DNA of 64,000 bases, taken from NCBI GenBank assembly GCA_003598025.1, contig QZKH01000009.1, positions 896 through 64,895 on the forward strand, written 5' to 3'. The stretch comes from Candidatus Omnitrophota bacterium (lineage in GTDB: Bacteria; Omnitrophota; Gorgyraeia; Gygaellales; Profunditerraquicolaceae). Both the position numbers and the translations under genes were made by a program. A model generated the notes under the pieces. It searched no databases. It was not told where the DNA came from and worked only from the letters and a program-made list of their open reading frames with translations. Below, piece by piece: positions 52,843 through 63,070 of the stretch (position 1 is its first letter; each line of letters opens with the position of its first letter).

Positions 52843-54396
52843 ATGTTAAGTCTAATTTTTATTCCGGTTGCTGCTTTGATTTCGCTTTATGCCGGCTATA
52901 TTTTAAGGAAACATATTGCCGAAAAGAAAATCCAGGATGCCGAATCCAAAGCAAGCTATATACTTGAACAGGCAAAAAAAGAAATTCAGGATAAACGCAG
53001 AGAAGCAGAGTTAGAAGCCAAGGACCTTCTCTACCGCATGCGGCAGGATTTTGAGCGCCAGACACAGGATAGGCGCCAGGAACTCGTTAATGCCGAAAAA
53101 AGGCTGTCTCAAAAAGAGGAAAACATAGACCGCAGGCTCGATCTTTTGGAAAAGAAAGAAAAAGAAATAGACCTGAAGTTAGATAATGCCCATAAGCAGG
53201 AGGAGAACCTAAAGAGCAAAGAGCATCATTTGCACTCTTTGATAGCGGAAGAAAAGGAAAGACTGCAGAAAATCTCCTCTCTGTCGGCTGAAGAAGCAAA
53301 ACAGATATTGCTTAATCGTTTAAATGAAGAGTTGAATAATGAGAAAGGCCTTCTGATCAAAAAGCAGGAAGAGGAGATAAAAACCATAGCCGATAAAAAA
53401 GCAAGAGAGATAATCAGCCTTGCGATACAACGTTGTGCGGCTGAACATACTGTTGAATCTACAGTCAGCGTTGTTAATCTCCCTAATGATGAAATGAAGG
53501 GCAGGGTTATAGGCAGAGAAGGAAGGAATATACGTGCTTTAGAGATGGCGACCGGAGTAGATGTAATTATCGATGATACCCCGGAAGCGGTTACGATTTC
53601 TGCGTTTGACCCGGTAAGGAGAGAGGTCGCCAGGATGAGTTTAGAGAAACTGATAGGCGACGGCAGGATACATCCCGGACGCATTGAAGAAATCGTAGAA
53701 AAGACCAAGAAAGAAATGGATGAGAAGATCCGGGAGGAGGGAGAACGTGCCGTCTTTGATGTTGGCTTAAGCGCTTTCCATCCGGAATTGATAAAGTTGT
53801 TAGGCCGCTTAAGATACAGGACAAGTTTCGGTCAAAATGCATTACAGCATTCTAAGGAAGTGGCATTTATCTTGGGTGCCATGGCTTCAGAGATGGGCCT
53901 GGATTTTAAGCTTGCAAAACGCATAGGCCTGTTACATGATATAGGCAAGGCTATCGACCATCAGGTAGAAGGCACGCATGCCAAGATCGGGGCGGAGCTA
54001 GCCAGGAAGTATAACGAATCGCAAGAGGTCCAGGCGGCGATTGAGGCCCATCATGAAGAGGCAGAACCCTACAGCTTGTATTCAGTCCTTACAATAGCTG
54101 CCGATGCTATCAGCGCAACAAGGCCTGGGGCAAGGCGCGAAACCCTGGAAACATACATAAAAAGGCTCGAGAAACTTGAATCGATAGCAAATGTATTTAA
54201 GGGGGTTGAAAAATCTTTTGCAATACAGGCCGGCAGAGAAATCCGTGTAATTGTCCAGCCGGAAAAGATTACAGATACAGACAGTGTCAACCTGGCCAGG
54301 GATATACGTAAGAAGATAGAAGAGGGATTGGAGTACCCGGGACAAATTAAAGTTACTGTGATTAGGGAAACCAGGGCAATTGAGTATGCCAAATAG
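52843..54396 (+). CDS. rny: Ribonuclease Y
   Basis: N-terminal TM and coiled coil, [15 protein letters not shown] domain, LLHDIGK HD domain. Confidence 0.97.
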   Translation: MLSLIFIPVAALISLYAGYILRKHIAEKKIQDAESKASYILEQAKKEIQDKRREAELEAKDLLYRMRQDFERQTQDRRQELVNAEKRLSQKEENIDRRLDLLEKKEKEIDLKLDNAHKQEENLKSKEHHLHSLIAEEKERLQKISSLSAEEAKQILLNRLNEELNNEKGLLIKKQEEEIKTIADKKAREIISLAIQRCAAEHTVESTVSVVNLPNDEMKGRVIGREGRNIRALEMATGVDVIIDDTPEAVTISAFDPVRREVARMSLEKLIGDGRIHPGRIEEIVEKTKKEMDEKIREEGERAVFDVGLSAFHPELIKLLGRLRYRTSFGQNALQHSKEVAFILGAMASEMGLDFKLAKRIGLLHDIGKAIDHQVEGTHAKIGAELARKYNESQEVQAAIEAHHEEAEPYSLYSVLTIAADAISATRPGARRETLETYIKRLEKLESIANVFKGVEKSFAIQAGREIRVIVQPEKITDTDSVNLARDIRKKIEEGLEYPGQIKVTVIRETRAIEYAK

Positions 54397-54461
54397 TTCA
54401 TGGCTTATGGTTCATAGTTCATAGTCAGAGCAAGCGAGCAGTTTCTATGAACAATGAACTA
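54396..54461. repeat. Inverted heptamer arrays (GTTCATA/TATGAAC family)
   Basis: GTTCATG GCTTATG GTTCATA GTTCATA ... TATGAAC AATGAAC. Confidence 0.8.
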
Positions 54462-54468
54462 ACTAATT

Positions 54469-55248
54469 ATGAAAATATTATTTATCGGCGATATAGTCGG
54501 AAGCCCCGGAAGAGAAGCCATAGAGAAACTATTACCAGGGGCTAAAGAAGAATACGGCGTTGATTTTGTTATAGCAAATGCTGAGAATGCGGCAGGAGGT
54601 TCCGGGATTATACCCAGGATCGCAGCTCAGCTTTTTGACGCCGGAGTCGATGTTTTGACTTCCGGAGACCATATCTGGAAAAAGAAGGAGATCTTTGAAG
54701 TGATTGACAAGGACAGAAGGATCCTGCGGCCTTGTAATTTCCCCGACGGTACGCCTGGTTATGGCTGGGGAGTTTTTAGCGATAGAAAGGGTAATAAGGT
54801 CGGGGTAATCAATGTAAACGGCAGGGTTTTTATGGATCCGCTTGAATGCCCTTTTAGAGCTACATTAAAATGTTCCGAAGAAATCGCAAAAGAAACAAAG
54901 GTAGTTATTGTTGATATGCATGCCGAGGCGACTTCGGAAAAAGTCGCCCTTGGATGGTATCTTGACGGCCATGTATCAGCTGTTCTTGGCACGCATACGC
55001 ATATACAGACTGCCGATGAAAGGGTTTTACCTAAAGGGACGGCTTTTATAACAGACGTAGGCATGACCGGACCTTGCGATTCTGTGATTGGAAGGAAAGT
55101 GGAAGATGTTCTGCAAAGGTTCCTTACGCTTATTCCTACCAGATTTAATGTCGCTGAAGACAATGTTAAGATGCAAGGCGCCATTGTTGATATAGATGAA
55201 AATAACGGTTTAGCCAGGAGCATTTTAAGGCTGCAAAAGGGGTATTAA
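54469..55248 (+). CDS. ymdB: TIGR00282 / YmdB metallophosphoesterase
   Basis: FIGDIVG, NAENAAGG, DMHAEATSEK, GTHTH, TDVGMTGP; follows rny. Confidence 0.94.
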   Translation: MKILFIGDIVGSPGREAIEKLLPGAKEEYGVDFVIANAENAAGGSGIIPRIAAQLFDAGVDVLTSGDHIWKKKEIFEVIDKDRRILRPCNFPDGTPGYGWGVFSDRKGNKVGVINVNGRVFMDPLECPFRATLKCSEEIAKETKVVIVDMHAEATSEKVALGWYLDGHVSAVLGTHTHIQTADERVLPKGTAFITDVGMTGPCDSVIGRKVEDVLQRFLTLIPTRFNVAEDNVKMQGAIVDIDENNGLARSILRLQKGY

Positions 55249-57018
55249 ATGTTTGATCTGCGTTCGGTTGCCAGGGGTTTTCTGTGTTGTGCAATAATAG
55301 CATTGTTTCTATTCAACCCCTGTGAACTTTATCTGTTCGCCCAGGAAGATATTATAGAGCTTAATCTAAATGCGTCATCAGCAACGGTAATTACGCCTAA
55401 GATATTCAGGCCAAATATAGATTTAAGCGGGAGAGGGCATAATAATGTTGCTTATTGGCCTCAGGAGCTGGCTTCCCCGGAATCTATAGAGACATGGAAA
55501 AAGGCCATTGGTTTTTCGGGCATGTACAGGATCCAGTATAATCTATGGGAAATCAGCGAGTCAAAAGAACGCGATAAGCTGTTAAATAGCTATGAAGAAG
55601 TGATAAAGAATATTAACGACGCAGGAGGCATAGTAATCCTGGACATCTTTGGGACACCTGCGGGTATGGGCAGGATTTTAGATAAAAGAAGCGCAGTAAG
55701 AGATTACCGCGCATTTAAAGAACTGATAAAGTCTCACATAAACAGGTTAAGCGTAGAGAAGAAATATAATATCTGGTATGAAGTCTGGAGCGCCCCTGAT
55801 CTTGACGATTTCTTTTTAGGGGGAAAGCAGGATTATCTTAATTTATACCGGGCTGTAGCAGAAGCTGTAAAAGAACTGAGGGCAAAAAGTAAAATTTATA
55901 TATCATTAGGCGGCCCATCCGTAAGCTGGTGGTTCCAGAATTTTGATGGCGCAAATATCATCAAGCCGGAAAGAAGCCTGATTTACGAATTGATAAAATA
56001 CTGTTCAAGGTATAATCTGCCTCTTGATTTTATAAGTTGGCATGCATATTCCACCGATCCCAAGACTGACCAGGAAATGACAGTTTATAATAAAAATGCT
56101 TCTTCTCTTATCCGAGACTGGCTTTCGTATTTCCGCCTCGACCGCAATATCCCTATTATCATAGATGAATGGAATTATGACAGCGGGCCCAATGTAATCC
56201 CCGAGAGAAGGCAGAATTGTCAGATTGCGGCAAGTTTTATCCCTGCCCGGATAAAATATATGCATTTGGCCGGAATAAATTATCAGCAGCTATTCTCTTT
56301 GGAGGATTTTTATGATACCGAAGAGAATGTCATAAGAAATATTGGCATCTTTTGGTTTGACCAGAGGGCATCCGGGTATAAAGGCGGCCCCAAATCATTG
56401 TTTTCTGTATATAAGATGCTTTTAAAGCTCGGGGATTATATTTTTACAGACTCGCTAAAGGCAGATAACGAGTTTGTGGGGATGATAGCGTCTAAGTCAA
56501 GCAATGAATTGGCGATCATTGTTTATAGTTATATTGACCCAGTTATATCCAAAAACTATGTTTCCAGGAACATTTCTTCGCTTAGCGATGCTGATAGAAA
56601 GTCGCTGCTTGGGCTGTTTAGTAGCGGAGATTTTGATAAATTAATATCCAGAGAGATAGATATAACCAAACTTCGAGTAAGGAATAAATTAAAAAATCTG
56701 CTTAAAAAGGCGCAGGAATTAAAAGAACAGGCCAATAGTTTTGCATCCAAAGATCATACTTTACGGCTAAACATTAAGAATATAAACGGTGATTATGTTT
56801 ATCAGAGATACGTGGTAGATGCTGTGTGTATCAGCGATTGTGATTTTGCCCCAGCGGAAGAAAAAGATGTTTCTTCCAAAGATAATCTGACATTAGAGTT
56901 CAATTTTAAACCGTATTCTGTTAATTTATTAGTTCTAAAGAATAAGCCGCAAGAAGTAAAAAGTGAGGCAGCCAAACTACCTCAAGATACAAAAGTTAAG
57001 CAAGAAAATGCCCAATAA
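55249..57018 (+). CDS. Secreted GH39-like (clan GH-A) protein, acid/base residue apparently absent
   Basis: Signal peptide; YEVWSAPD, LGGP, PLDFISWHAYS, IIDEWN. Confidence 0.7.
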   Translation: MFDLRSVARGFLCCAIIALFLFNPCELYLFAQEDIIELNLNASSATVITPKIFRPNIDLSGRGHNNVAYWPQELASPESIETWKKAIGFSGMYRIQYNLWEISESKERDKLLNSYEEVIKNINDAGGIVILDIFGTPAGMGRILDKRSAVRDYRAFKELIKSHINRLSVEKKYNIWYEVWSAPDLDDFFLGGKQDYLNLYRAVAEAVKELRAKSKIYISLGGPSVSWWFQNFDGANIIKPERSLIYELIKYCSRYNLPLDFISWHAYSTDPKTDQEMTVYNKNASSLIRDWLSYFRLDRNIPIIIDEWNYDSGPNVIPERRQNCQIAASFIPARIKYMHLAGINYQQLFSLEDFYDTEENVIRNIGIFWFDQRASGYKGGPKSLFSVYKMLLKLGDYIFTDSLKADNEFVGMIASKSSNELAIIVYSYIDPVISKNYVSRNISSLSDADRKSLLGLFSSGDFDKLISREIDITKLRVRNKLKNLLKKAQELKEQANSFASKDHTLRLNIKNINGDYVYQRYVVDAVCISDCDFAPAEEKDVSSKDNLTLEFNFKPYSVNLLVLKNKPQEVKSEAAKLPQDTKVKQENAQ

Positions 57019-58360
57019 CTCTACAGATGGCTCCAGTATTTTCCCTGTCGCCCAGCAGCAAGGTCTTGGCGGTAAAGCCGTTCTTACCGTTTCTCAGGTT
57101 ACGCAGGATATAAAATTAGTCCTTGAGAGTAATTTTCAGGGGCTTTGGATCGAGGGCGAAATCACAAATTTCAGGCCTTCTTCAAGCGGACACTATTATT
57201 TTTCTCTCAAAGACGATCTTGCGCTGCTTAATTCCGTGATATTCAGCCGTATCGCAAAAACAGTAAAATTTAACCCCGAAAACGGGTTAAAGGTCATTTG
57301 TTTCGGCAATATTGAGGTTTACGGGCCTCATGGCAAATATCAACTTATTATAGAAAAGATAGAGCCTAAAGGTATAGGCAGCCTTCAGCTTGCTTTGGAG
57401 CAGCTAAAGAACAAGCTGGAAAAGGAAGGGCTGTTTTCTGAGCAGCGCAAAAGGCCGATCCCATACTTACCTTCAGTCATCGGCATAGTTACGTCTCTTT
57501 CCGGAGCCGCTATTAGAGATATGCTTAAGGTTTTGGATAACAGGTTCAGAGATGCCCATATAATTATAAAACCTACTATGGTTCAGGGTAGCACCGCTAA
57601 GGATGAAATAGCAAAAGCTATAGAGGAATTAAATTTCTTTAATGAGTCCGCCCCCAAGGAAGATAGAATTGAAGTTATGATTGTCGGACGCGGAGGAGGC
57701 AGCATGGAGGATCTCTGGGCGTTTAATGAAGAGGTGGTAGCCCGAGCAATATATAAATCAAGGATTCCCGTCATTTCTGCAGTAGGCCATGAACGCGATA
57801 TAACTATAGCTGATCTGGTGGCAGACATGCGCGCTTCTACTCCTTCGGTAGCAGCAGAAAAAGTTATCCCCAGAAAGGAAGACCTTAAACAAAGATTAGG
57901 CGAACTTAAAGGCGACCTTTTAAGGTCGTTCATGGAGATACATGATAATTACCAGGCTTTTGTTTTAGAGAATGTGCGCAGAATTATATTAAGCGCAAAC
58001 CATATTATCGAACTGAATTTTTCCAGGTTTAATACGGGTTTGCGAAAATTACATTTGCTTAATCCGGTAGCAGTGATACAGCAATACAAAGATAGGATTA
58101 CGGATCTCGCCCGGCAGATTTTTGTAAGAACGTCGCATTATGTAAGATTGAGAGAGGCCGAATACGTTAGAGCCGCAGGTAGGCTTTCAGATTTAAGCCC
58201 TCTGGCGATACTATCTCGCGGTTATTCCATAACTTTTAATATAAGTTCCGGGGAAGTTATTAAGAACACAAAAATACTGAAAAAAGGCGACCTGATAAAG
58301 ACAAGGCTTTCCGAGGGCGAAATTATAAGCTCGGTTACGGAGGTAAAAAAAGATGGCTGA
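57008..58360 (+). CDS. xseA: Exodeoxyribonuclease VII large subunit
   Basis: SGHYYFSLKD, GRGGGSMEDLWAFN, SAVGHE, RASTPS, RGYS. Confidence 0.96.
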   Translation: MPNNSTDGSSIFPVAQQQGLGGKAVLTVSQVTQDIKLVLESNFQGLWIEGEITNFRPSSSGHYYFSLKDDLALLNSVIFSRIAKTVKFNPENGLKVICFGNIEVYGPHGKYQLIIEKIEPKGIGSLQLALEQLKNKLEKEGLFSEQRKRPIPYLPSVIGIVTSLSGAAIRDMLKVLDNRFRDAHIIIKPTMVQGSTAKDEIAKAIEELNFFNESAPKEDRIEVMIVGRGGGSMEDLWAFNEEVVARAIYKSRIPVISAVGHERDITIADLVADMRASTPSVAAEKVIPRKEDLKQRLGELKGDLLRSFMEIHDNYQAFVLENVRRIILSANHIIELNFSRFNTGLRKLHLLNPVAVIQQYKDRITDLARQIFVRTSHYVRLREAEYVRAAGRLSDLSPLAILSRGYSITFNISSGEVIKNTKILKKGDLIKTRLSEGEIISSVTEVKKDG

Positions 58361-58598
58361 GATGAAATTCGAAGATGCTTTAAAGAAACTGGAAAAAATA
58401 GTCGGAGATTTAGAATCCGGGGAACTTTCTCTTGATGAGGCTTTGAAGAAATACCAGGAGGGCATAGAGCTTTCCAGGCAATGTTCGCAAAGGCTTGATA
58501 ACGCCAAGAAAAAAATAGATGTATTAACAAAAAACAAAAAAGGCGATTTTGAATTGAAGCCCTTATCGGAATCACAAGACCAGGAACAAGATGCTTGA
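58353..58598 (+). CDS. xseB: Exodeoxyribonuclease VII small subunit
   Basis: FEDALKKLEKIVGDLESGELSLDEAL. Confidence 0.95.
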   Translation: MAEMKFEDALKKLEKIVGDLESGELSLDEALKKYQEGIELSRQCSQRLDNAKKKIDVLTKNKKGDFELKPLSESQDQEQDA

Positions 58599-60441
58599 AA
58601 AGATACATTCACCCGAAGATTTAAGAAAGTTGCCGCTTGAGGCTTTACCGGGCTTATCATCCGAGATCCGCAAGAGGATTATTGATGTAGTATCGGTAAC
58701 CGGGGGGCATATTGCCTCCAGCCTCGGGGCGGTTGAATTGGCAATGGCGCTGCATTATTGTTTCAATACGCCAAAAGATAAGATAATTTGGGATGTCGGG
58801 CACCAGGCATACGCACACAAAATAATTACCGGCAGGAATGATTGCTTTGAGACATTAAGAAAATCCGAAGGCATAAGCGGTTTTCCCCATAAGGACGAAT
58901 CTGAATACGACCCTTTTACGGTAGGCCACAGCTCTAATGCGGTGTCCTTGGCTTTGGGATTAGTCTGCGCCTATCAGCGATTAGGTGCAGAAAACAATCC
59001 AAAAATTGTCGCGGTAATCGGAGATGGTTCACTAAGCGGCGGGTTATGCTTTGAAGGCCTTAACAATGCAGGTCACCTGAAGAAAGATATCCTGGTTATA
59101 CTTAATACAAATGAGCTTAGCATAGCGCCTAATGCCGGTGCCTTAAGCACCTATATAAATAAGGTGCTCTCTCTGCCTATCTATAATAGATTCAGGGGTT
59201 CTCTGGAGGGTTTTGTAAGCTCGCGCATACCTAAAGGCAGCAGGTTAATAAAGATCGCCAATAAGTTTGAGGAAGGATTAAAAGGGTTATTTATCCCCGG
59301 AATATTTTTTGAAGAACTGGGTTTTCGCTACTTTGGTCCTCTGGATGGCCATAACCTGGATCTGCTTATACCAACACTGAAAAATATTATGAACCTGAAG
59401 GGTCCGAGGCTGCTGCATATTATTACGAAAAAAGGCAAAGGTTATCCGCCTGCGGAAAAAGAGCCGGTAAAATTTCACAGTACCGGCCCATTCAACATCA
59501 GTAACGGGGACCCGGTTGATAAAAATAAAACCAAGTCCTATACGGAAGTTTTTAGCGAAAAAATAGTTGGGCTTGCGTCTCAAGATAAAAGGATAGTAGC
59601 CATAACAGCTGCTATGGCAGAGGGCACAGGCTTAGATAAATTCCGGGACTTATATCCTGATAGGTTTTTTGACGTAGGTATTGCCGAACAGCATGCTGTA
59701 TGTTTTGCCGCAGGATTAGCCAGGGCGGGATTAAAACCGGTGGCAGCCATCTATTCAACATTTTTACAGCGCGCTTACGATCAACTTATCGAAGATGTCG
59801 CTTTGCAGGATTTACCGGTTGTTTTAGCGATAGACCGTGCGGGCATAGTCGGTGAAGACGGACCTACGCATCAGGGAGTATTTGATATCGCATATTTAAG
59901 AAGCATACCTAATTTTACGATTATGGCTCCCATGGATGCCAAAGAGCTTGAAAGTATGCTTTCTTTTGCGATGACCTTAGGTAAACCGGTTGCCATAAGG
60001 TATCCCAAAGGCACGATAGAAGAATTGGATTCCAAAAGGTGCAATAAAATAGAATTGGGTAAAGCCGAAATTTTAAGCGATGGCGATGATTTTGCCATAA
60101 TAGCTGTAGGGACAATGGCTAGTACATGTTATAAGGTTATCGAGATACTTAAAAAAGAAGGCCTTCACGGATCTCTTGTCAATGCCCGTTTTATAAGGCC
60201 GATTGATACCGATGTTATTCAGAAAGTTTGTTCTAAGGCCAAAAGGATAATTACAGTAGAGGAAGGCGTTTTGGATTGCGGCTTCGGAGCTGCGGTGGTC
60301 GAAGCAACTGGTTTAGCGGTTACAAGAATAGGCCTTCCGTTTGAATTCATTCCTGCTGGCAAGAGAAAAACGCTTCTTGAGAAATATGGCTTGTCCGAGA
60401 GCGGGATAGCAAATACGATAAGAGGTTTGATGGGAAGATAA
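58591..60441 (+). CDS. dxs: 1-deoxy-D-xylulose-5-phosphate synthase
   Basis: GGHIASSLG, WDVGHQAY, GDG, DVGIAEQHA, GEDGPTHQG. Confidence 0.97.
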   Translation: MLEKIHSPEDLRKLPLEALPGLSSEIRKRIIDVVSVTGGHIASSLGAVELAMALHYCFNTPKDKIIWDVGHQAYAHKIITGRNDCFETLRKSEGISGFPHKDESEYDPFTVGHSSNAVSLALGLVCAYQRLGAENNPKIVAVIGDGSLSGGLCFEGLNNAGHLKKDILVILNTNELSIAPNAGALSTYINKVLSLPIYNRFRGSLEGFVSSRIPKGSRLIKIANKFEEGLKGLFIPGIFFEELGFRYFGPLDGHNLDLLIPTLKNIMNLKGPRLLHIITKKGKGYPPAEKEPVKFHSTGPFNISNGDPVDKNKTKSYTEVFSEKIVGLASQDKRIVAITAAMAEGTGLDKFRDLYPDRFFDVGIAEQHAVCFAAGLARAGLKPVAAIYSTFLQRAYDQLIEDVALQDLPVVLAIDRAGIVGEDGPTHQGVFDIAYLRSIPNFTIMAPMDAKELESMLSFAMTLGKPVAIRYPKGTIEELDSKRCNKIELGKAEILSDGDDFAIIAVGTMASTCYKVIEILKKEGLHGSLVNARFIRPIDTDVIQKVCSKAKRIITVEEGVLDCGFGAAVVEATGLAVTRIGLPFEFIPAGKRKTLLEKYGLSESGIANTIRGLMGR

Positions 60442-60644
60442 TGGCTAAAATCGTGATTGACAGTCAGAAATGTAAGGGTTGCTTGCTTTGTATAAGTGTA
60501 TGCCCGCGTAAAGAGATAGTCGTATCTGATAAGATGAATCGCCGAGGGGCAAGGATAGTTAAATTCAAGGATGACGGGCTGTGTTCGGGGTGCGGAATGT
60601 GTGCGATAATCTGTCCCGATTGCTGTATCGAAGTATATAAATGA
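60441..60644 (+). CDS. 2x[4Fe-4S] ferredoxin (delta) subunit of 2-oxoacid:ferredoxin oxidoreductase
   Basis: CKGCLLCISVCP and CSGCGMCAIICP. Confidence 0.92.
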   Translation: MAKIVIDSQKCKGCLLCISVCPRKEIVVSDKMNRRGARIVKFKDDGLCSGCGMCAIICPDCCIEVYK

Positions 60645-60677
60645 GTAATGCGTATAGCGTATTGAGTATTGCGTAAT
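60645..60677. repeat. Degenerate heptamer array (GCGTATT family)
   Basis: GCGTATA GCGTATT GAGTATT GCGTAAT; same family as the pyrK 8562-8590 array. Confidence 0.7.
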
Positions 60678-60730
60678 GATTAATAGCTTGAGCGCGCTAC
60701 GCCCGGGGCAATACGAAACAGGATTAACCA

Positions 60731-61804
60731 ATGAATGATAAGATTCTAATGAGCGGCAATGAAGCCTTAGCTGAGGGCGCAATACGCGCCGGATGTAAAT
60801 TCTATGCCGGGTATCCGATCACCCCGCAGAATGAGTTGACTGCCTACATGGCTGTTAATTTACCCAAGGCAGGAGGAATTTTTATCCAGGCCGAGTCTGA
60901 ATTAGCGGCAATCAATATGGTCTTTGGCGCAGCAGCAGCCGGTGCGCGTGCTATGACTTCATCGTCCAGCCCCGGGATAAGTTTAAAACAAGAAGGCATA
61001 TCTTACATTGCCGGAGCAGAATTACCGTCGGTAATTATCAACGTAATGCGGGGAGGGCCCGGCTTAGGCAATATTTCTCCAAGCCAGTCCGATTATTTCC
61101 AGGCAACGCGCGGAGGCGGGCATGGCGATTACCATTGTTTGGTGTTAGCTCCGTCGTCAGTCCAAGAGTCACTGGATTTAATGCCCCTTGCATTTAACCT
61201 TGCTGATAAATACCGTACTCCGGTCATGGTGTTAAGCGACGGTATGCTTGGGCAGATGATGGAACCGGTTTCAGTCCACAGTCCACAGTCCACAGTCCAC
61301 AGCAAAAAACTACCAGAGAAGAAGTGGGCGTTGACTGGATGCAGGGGGAGAAAGCCCAATGTGGTAAAATCATTTTATATGCAGGAAGGAGGGCTTGAGA
61401 AATTCAATTTGTCCCTGCAAAAAAAATATAGTGAGATAAGGAATAAAGAGCAGCGCTTTGAAATGACCAATGTCAAAGATGCCGAAGTGATTATAGTAGC
61501 CTACGGTATAATGGCCAGGATAGCAAAGAGCGCCATGCAGGACCTGAATAATGCAGGCAGGAAGGTCGGATTAATCAGACCGGTTTCTTTATGGCCGTTT
61601 CCTAAAAATGCTTTCAGAGAAATAGAAAAAAGTAAGCATTTTAAAAGTTTTTTGGTTGTGGAAATGTCTTACGGCCAGATGATCGAAGATGTGCTTTTGT
61701 CTGTGGCAGATAAATCAAAGGTAGATTTTCTCGGACGCTCAGGAGGAGGCATTCCTGCTGAAGCCGAAATCATTGATAAGCTTAAAAAAATAATCCGTAG
61801 ATAA
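60731..61804 (+). CDS. vorB: 2-oxoacid (2-oxoisovalerate-type):ferredoxin oxidoreductase alpha subunit
   Basis: GNEALAEGA, GYPITPQ, QAESELAA, SSSPGISLKQE, GGGHGDY. Confidence 0.92.
   Translation: MNDKILMSGNEALAEGAIRAGCKFYAGYPITPQNELTAYMAVNLPKAGGIFIQAESELAAINMVFGAAAAGARAMTSSSSPGISLKQEGISYIAGAELPSVIINVMRGGPGLGNISPSQSDYFQATRGGGHGDYHCLVLAPSSVQESLDLMPLAFNLADKYRTPVMVLSDGMLGQMMEPVSVHSPQSTVHSKKLPEKKWALTGCRGRKPNVVKSFYMQEGGLEKFNLSLQKKYSEIRNKEQRFEMTNVKDAEVIIVAYGIMARIAKSAMQDLNNAGRKVGLIRPVSLWPFPKNAFREIEKSKHFKSFLVVEMSYGQMIEDVLLSVADKSKVDFLGRSGGGIPAEAEIIDKLKKIIRR
61272..61302 (+). repeat. Tandem heptamer (CAGTCCA)x4 inside vorB
   Basis: Four perfect copies plus CAG; encodes SVHSPQSTVHS. Confidence 0.9.
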
Positions 61805-61806
61805 TC

Positions 61807-62535
61807 ATGAAAAAAATTATAAAGCGGCCCAGAGCATTAAAGGATGTGCCAACGCATTATTGCCCTGGTTGCGGCCACGGTATAGCACATCGTTTAGTAG
61901 CAGAGGTAATCGATGATCTTGGTATAAGAGAGAAGGTTATTGCTGTAGCTCCTGTTGGCTGTGCAGTAATTGCATATGATTATTGGGATTTTGATTGCTC
62001 CGAAGCTGCCCACGGAAGGGCCCTGGCTGTAGCTACAGCAATTAAGAGAGTCAGGCCGGAAAATATTGTTTTTACTTATCAGGGAGACGGCGACTTAGCG
62101 GCTATTGGGGCCAACGAAACACTGCACGCGGCTAACAGGGGCGAGAACTTAACCGTTATTTTTATAAACAATGCAATTTATGGAATGACCGGAGGGCAAA
62201 TGGCCCCGACAACGCTATTGGGCCAAACTACTGTTACTACTCCCGATGGAAGAATCAGCCAAATCCACGGGTATCCTCTTAAGATATCAGAAATTTTAGC
62301 CACCCTCCCGGGAGTTAAATACGTGGAAAGAGTAAGCTTAACCAGTCCACCCGAAATTATTAAAGCAAAAATAGCCATTAAACAGGCATTCAAGAATCAA
62401 ATGGATAAGATAGGTTTTTCACTGGTAGAGATTCTTTCTGCATGTCCTACGTATTGGGGTATGTCTGCCAACGATGCTTTATCCTGGATGAAAGGCACAA
62501 TGTCTAAGGAGTTTCCTCTGGGGAGGATAAAATGA
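61807..62535 (+). CDS. 2-oxoacid:ferredoxin oxidoreductase beta (TPP-binding) subunit
   Basis: YCPGCGHG, HGRA, YQGDGD, YGMTGGQMAPT, SACPT. Confidence 0.93.
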   Translation: MKKIIKRPRALKDVPTHYCPGCGHGIAHRLVAEVIDDLGIREKVIAVAPVGCAVIAYDYWDFDCSEAAHGRALAVATAIKRVRPENIVFTYQGDGDLAAIGANETLHAANRGENLTVIFINNAIYGMTGGQMAPTTLLGQTTVTTPDGRISQIHGYPLKISEILATLPGVKYVERVSLTSPPEIIKAKIAIKQAFKNQMDKIGFSLVEILSACPTYWGMSANDALSWMKGTMSKEFPLGRIK

Positions 62536-63068
62536 TTGAACGGGTAATTATTGCAGGAGCAGGCGGACAGGGAATTATGCTGCTGGGTAAGGTTTTGGCT
62601 GAGGCAGCAAGTTTAAAAGGCCTGCAGGTTACCTGGTTTCCTTGTTATGGCGCCGAAGTCCGGGGAGGGACGGCTTATTGCATGGTGATTATATCTGATA
62701 GAGAAGTCAGTTCGCCTTATATTGATAAAGCAGATACCCTTATAATAATGAATGAGCCTTCGCTTTTGAAATTTAAAGACAGGATAAAAGAAGATGGTAT
62801 TATGCTTATTAATAGCTCTCTTGCCGATAGCAGCTCTTCATCTGTAAAAAACAGGAAATTTATTCTTAAAGCAATGGCCTTTACAGATATAGCTTCGCAG
62901 CTGGGCAGCGTCAAAGTGGCTAATATGGTAGCATTGGGCGCGTATATAAAAAACAAACCGTTGATAACTAAAAAGGAAATATTCAGGGTGTTTGAAAAAA
63001 TGGCTTCCGGGAAAAGCAGGGCATTAATAACAATAAATAAGGTTGCCGTTGAGAAAGGCCTGGTTTGA
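62532..63068 (+). CDS. 2-oxoacid:ferredoxin oxidoreductase gamma subunit
   Basis: AGAGGQG, YGAEVRGG, ANMVALGA. Confidence 0.93.
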   Translation: MIERVIIAGAGGQGIMLLGKVLAEAASLKGLQVTWFPCYGAEVRGGTAYCMVIISDREVSSPYIDKADTLIIMNEPSLLKFKDRIKEDGIMLINSSLADSSSSSVKNRKFILKAMAFTDIASQLGSVKVANMVALGAYIKNKPLITKKEIFRVFEKMASGKSRALITINKVAVEKGLV

Positions 63069-63070
63069 AA

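Noticed and set aside
50964-54461. CRISPR array
   Set aside because: Repeats are 7-bp tandems or isolated palindromes, with no 25-40 bp repeat-spacer periodicity and no cas genes.
58353-58600. ispA absent between xseB and dxs; CoaB absent after coaC (37518-38060)
   Set aside because: Such relocations and splits are common and cannot be judged from one window.
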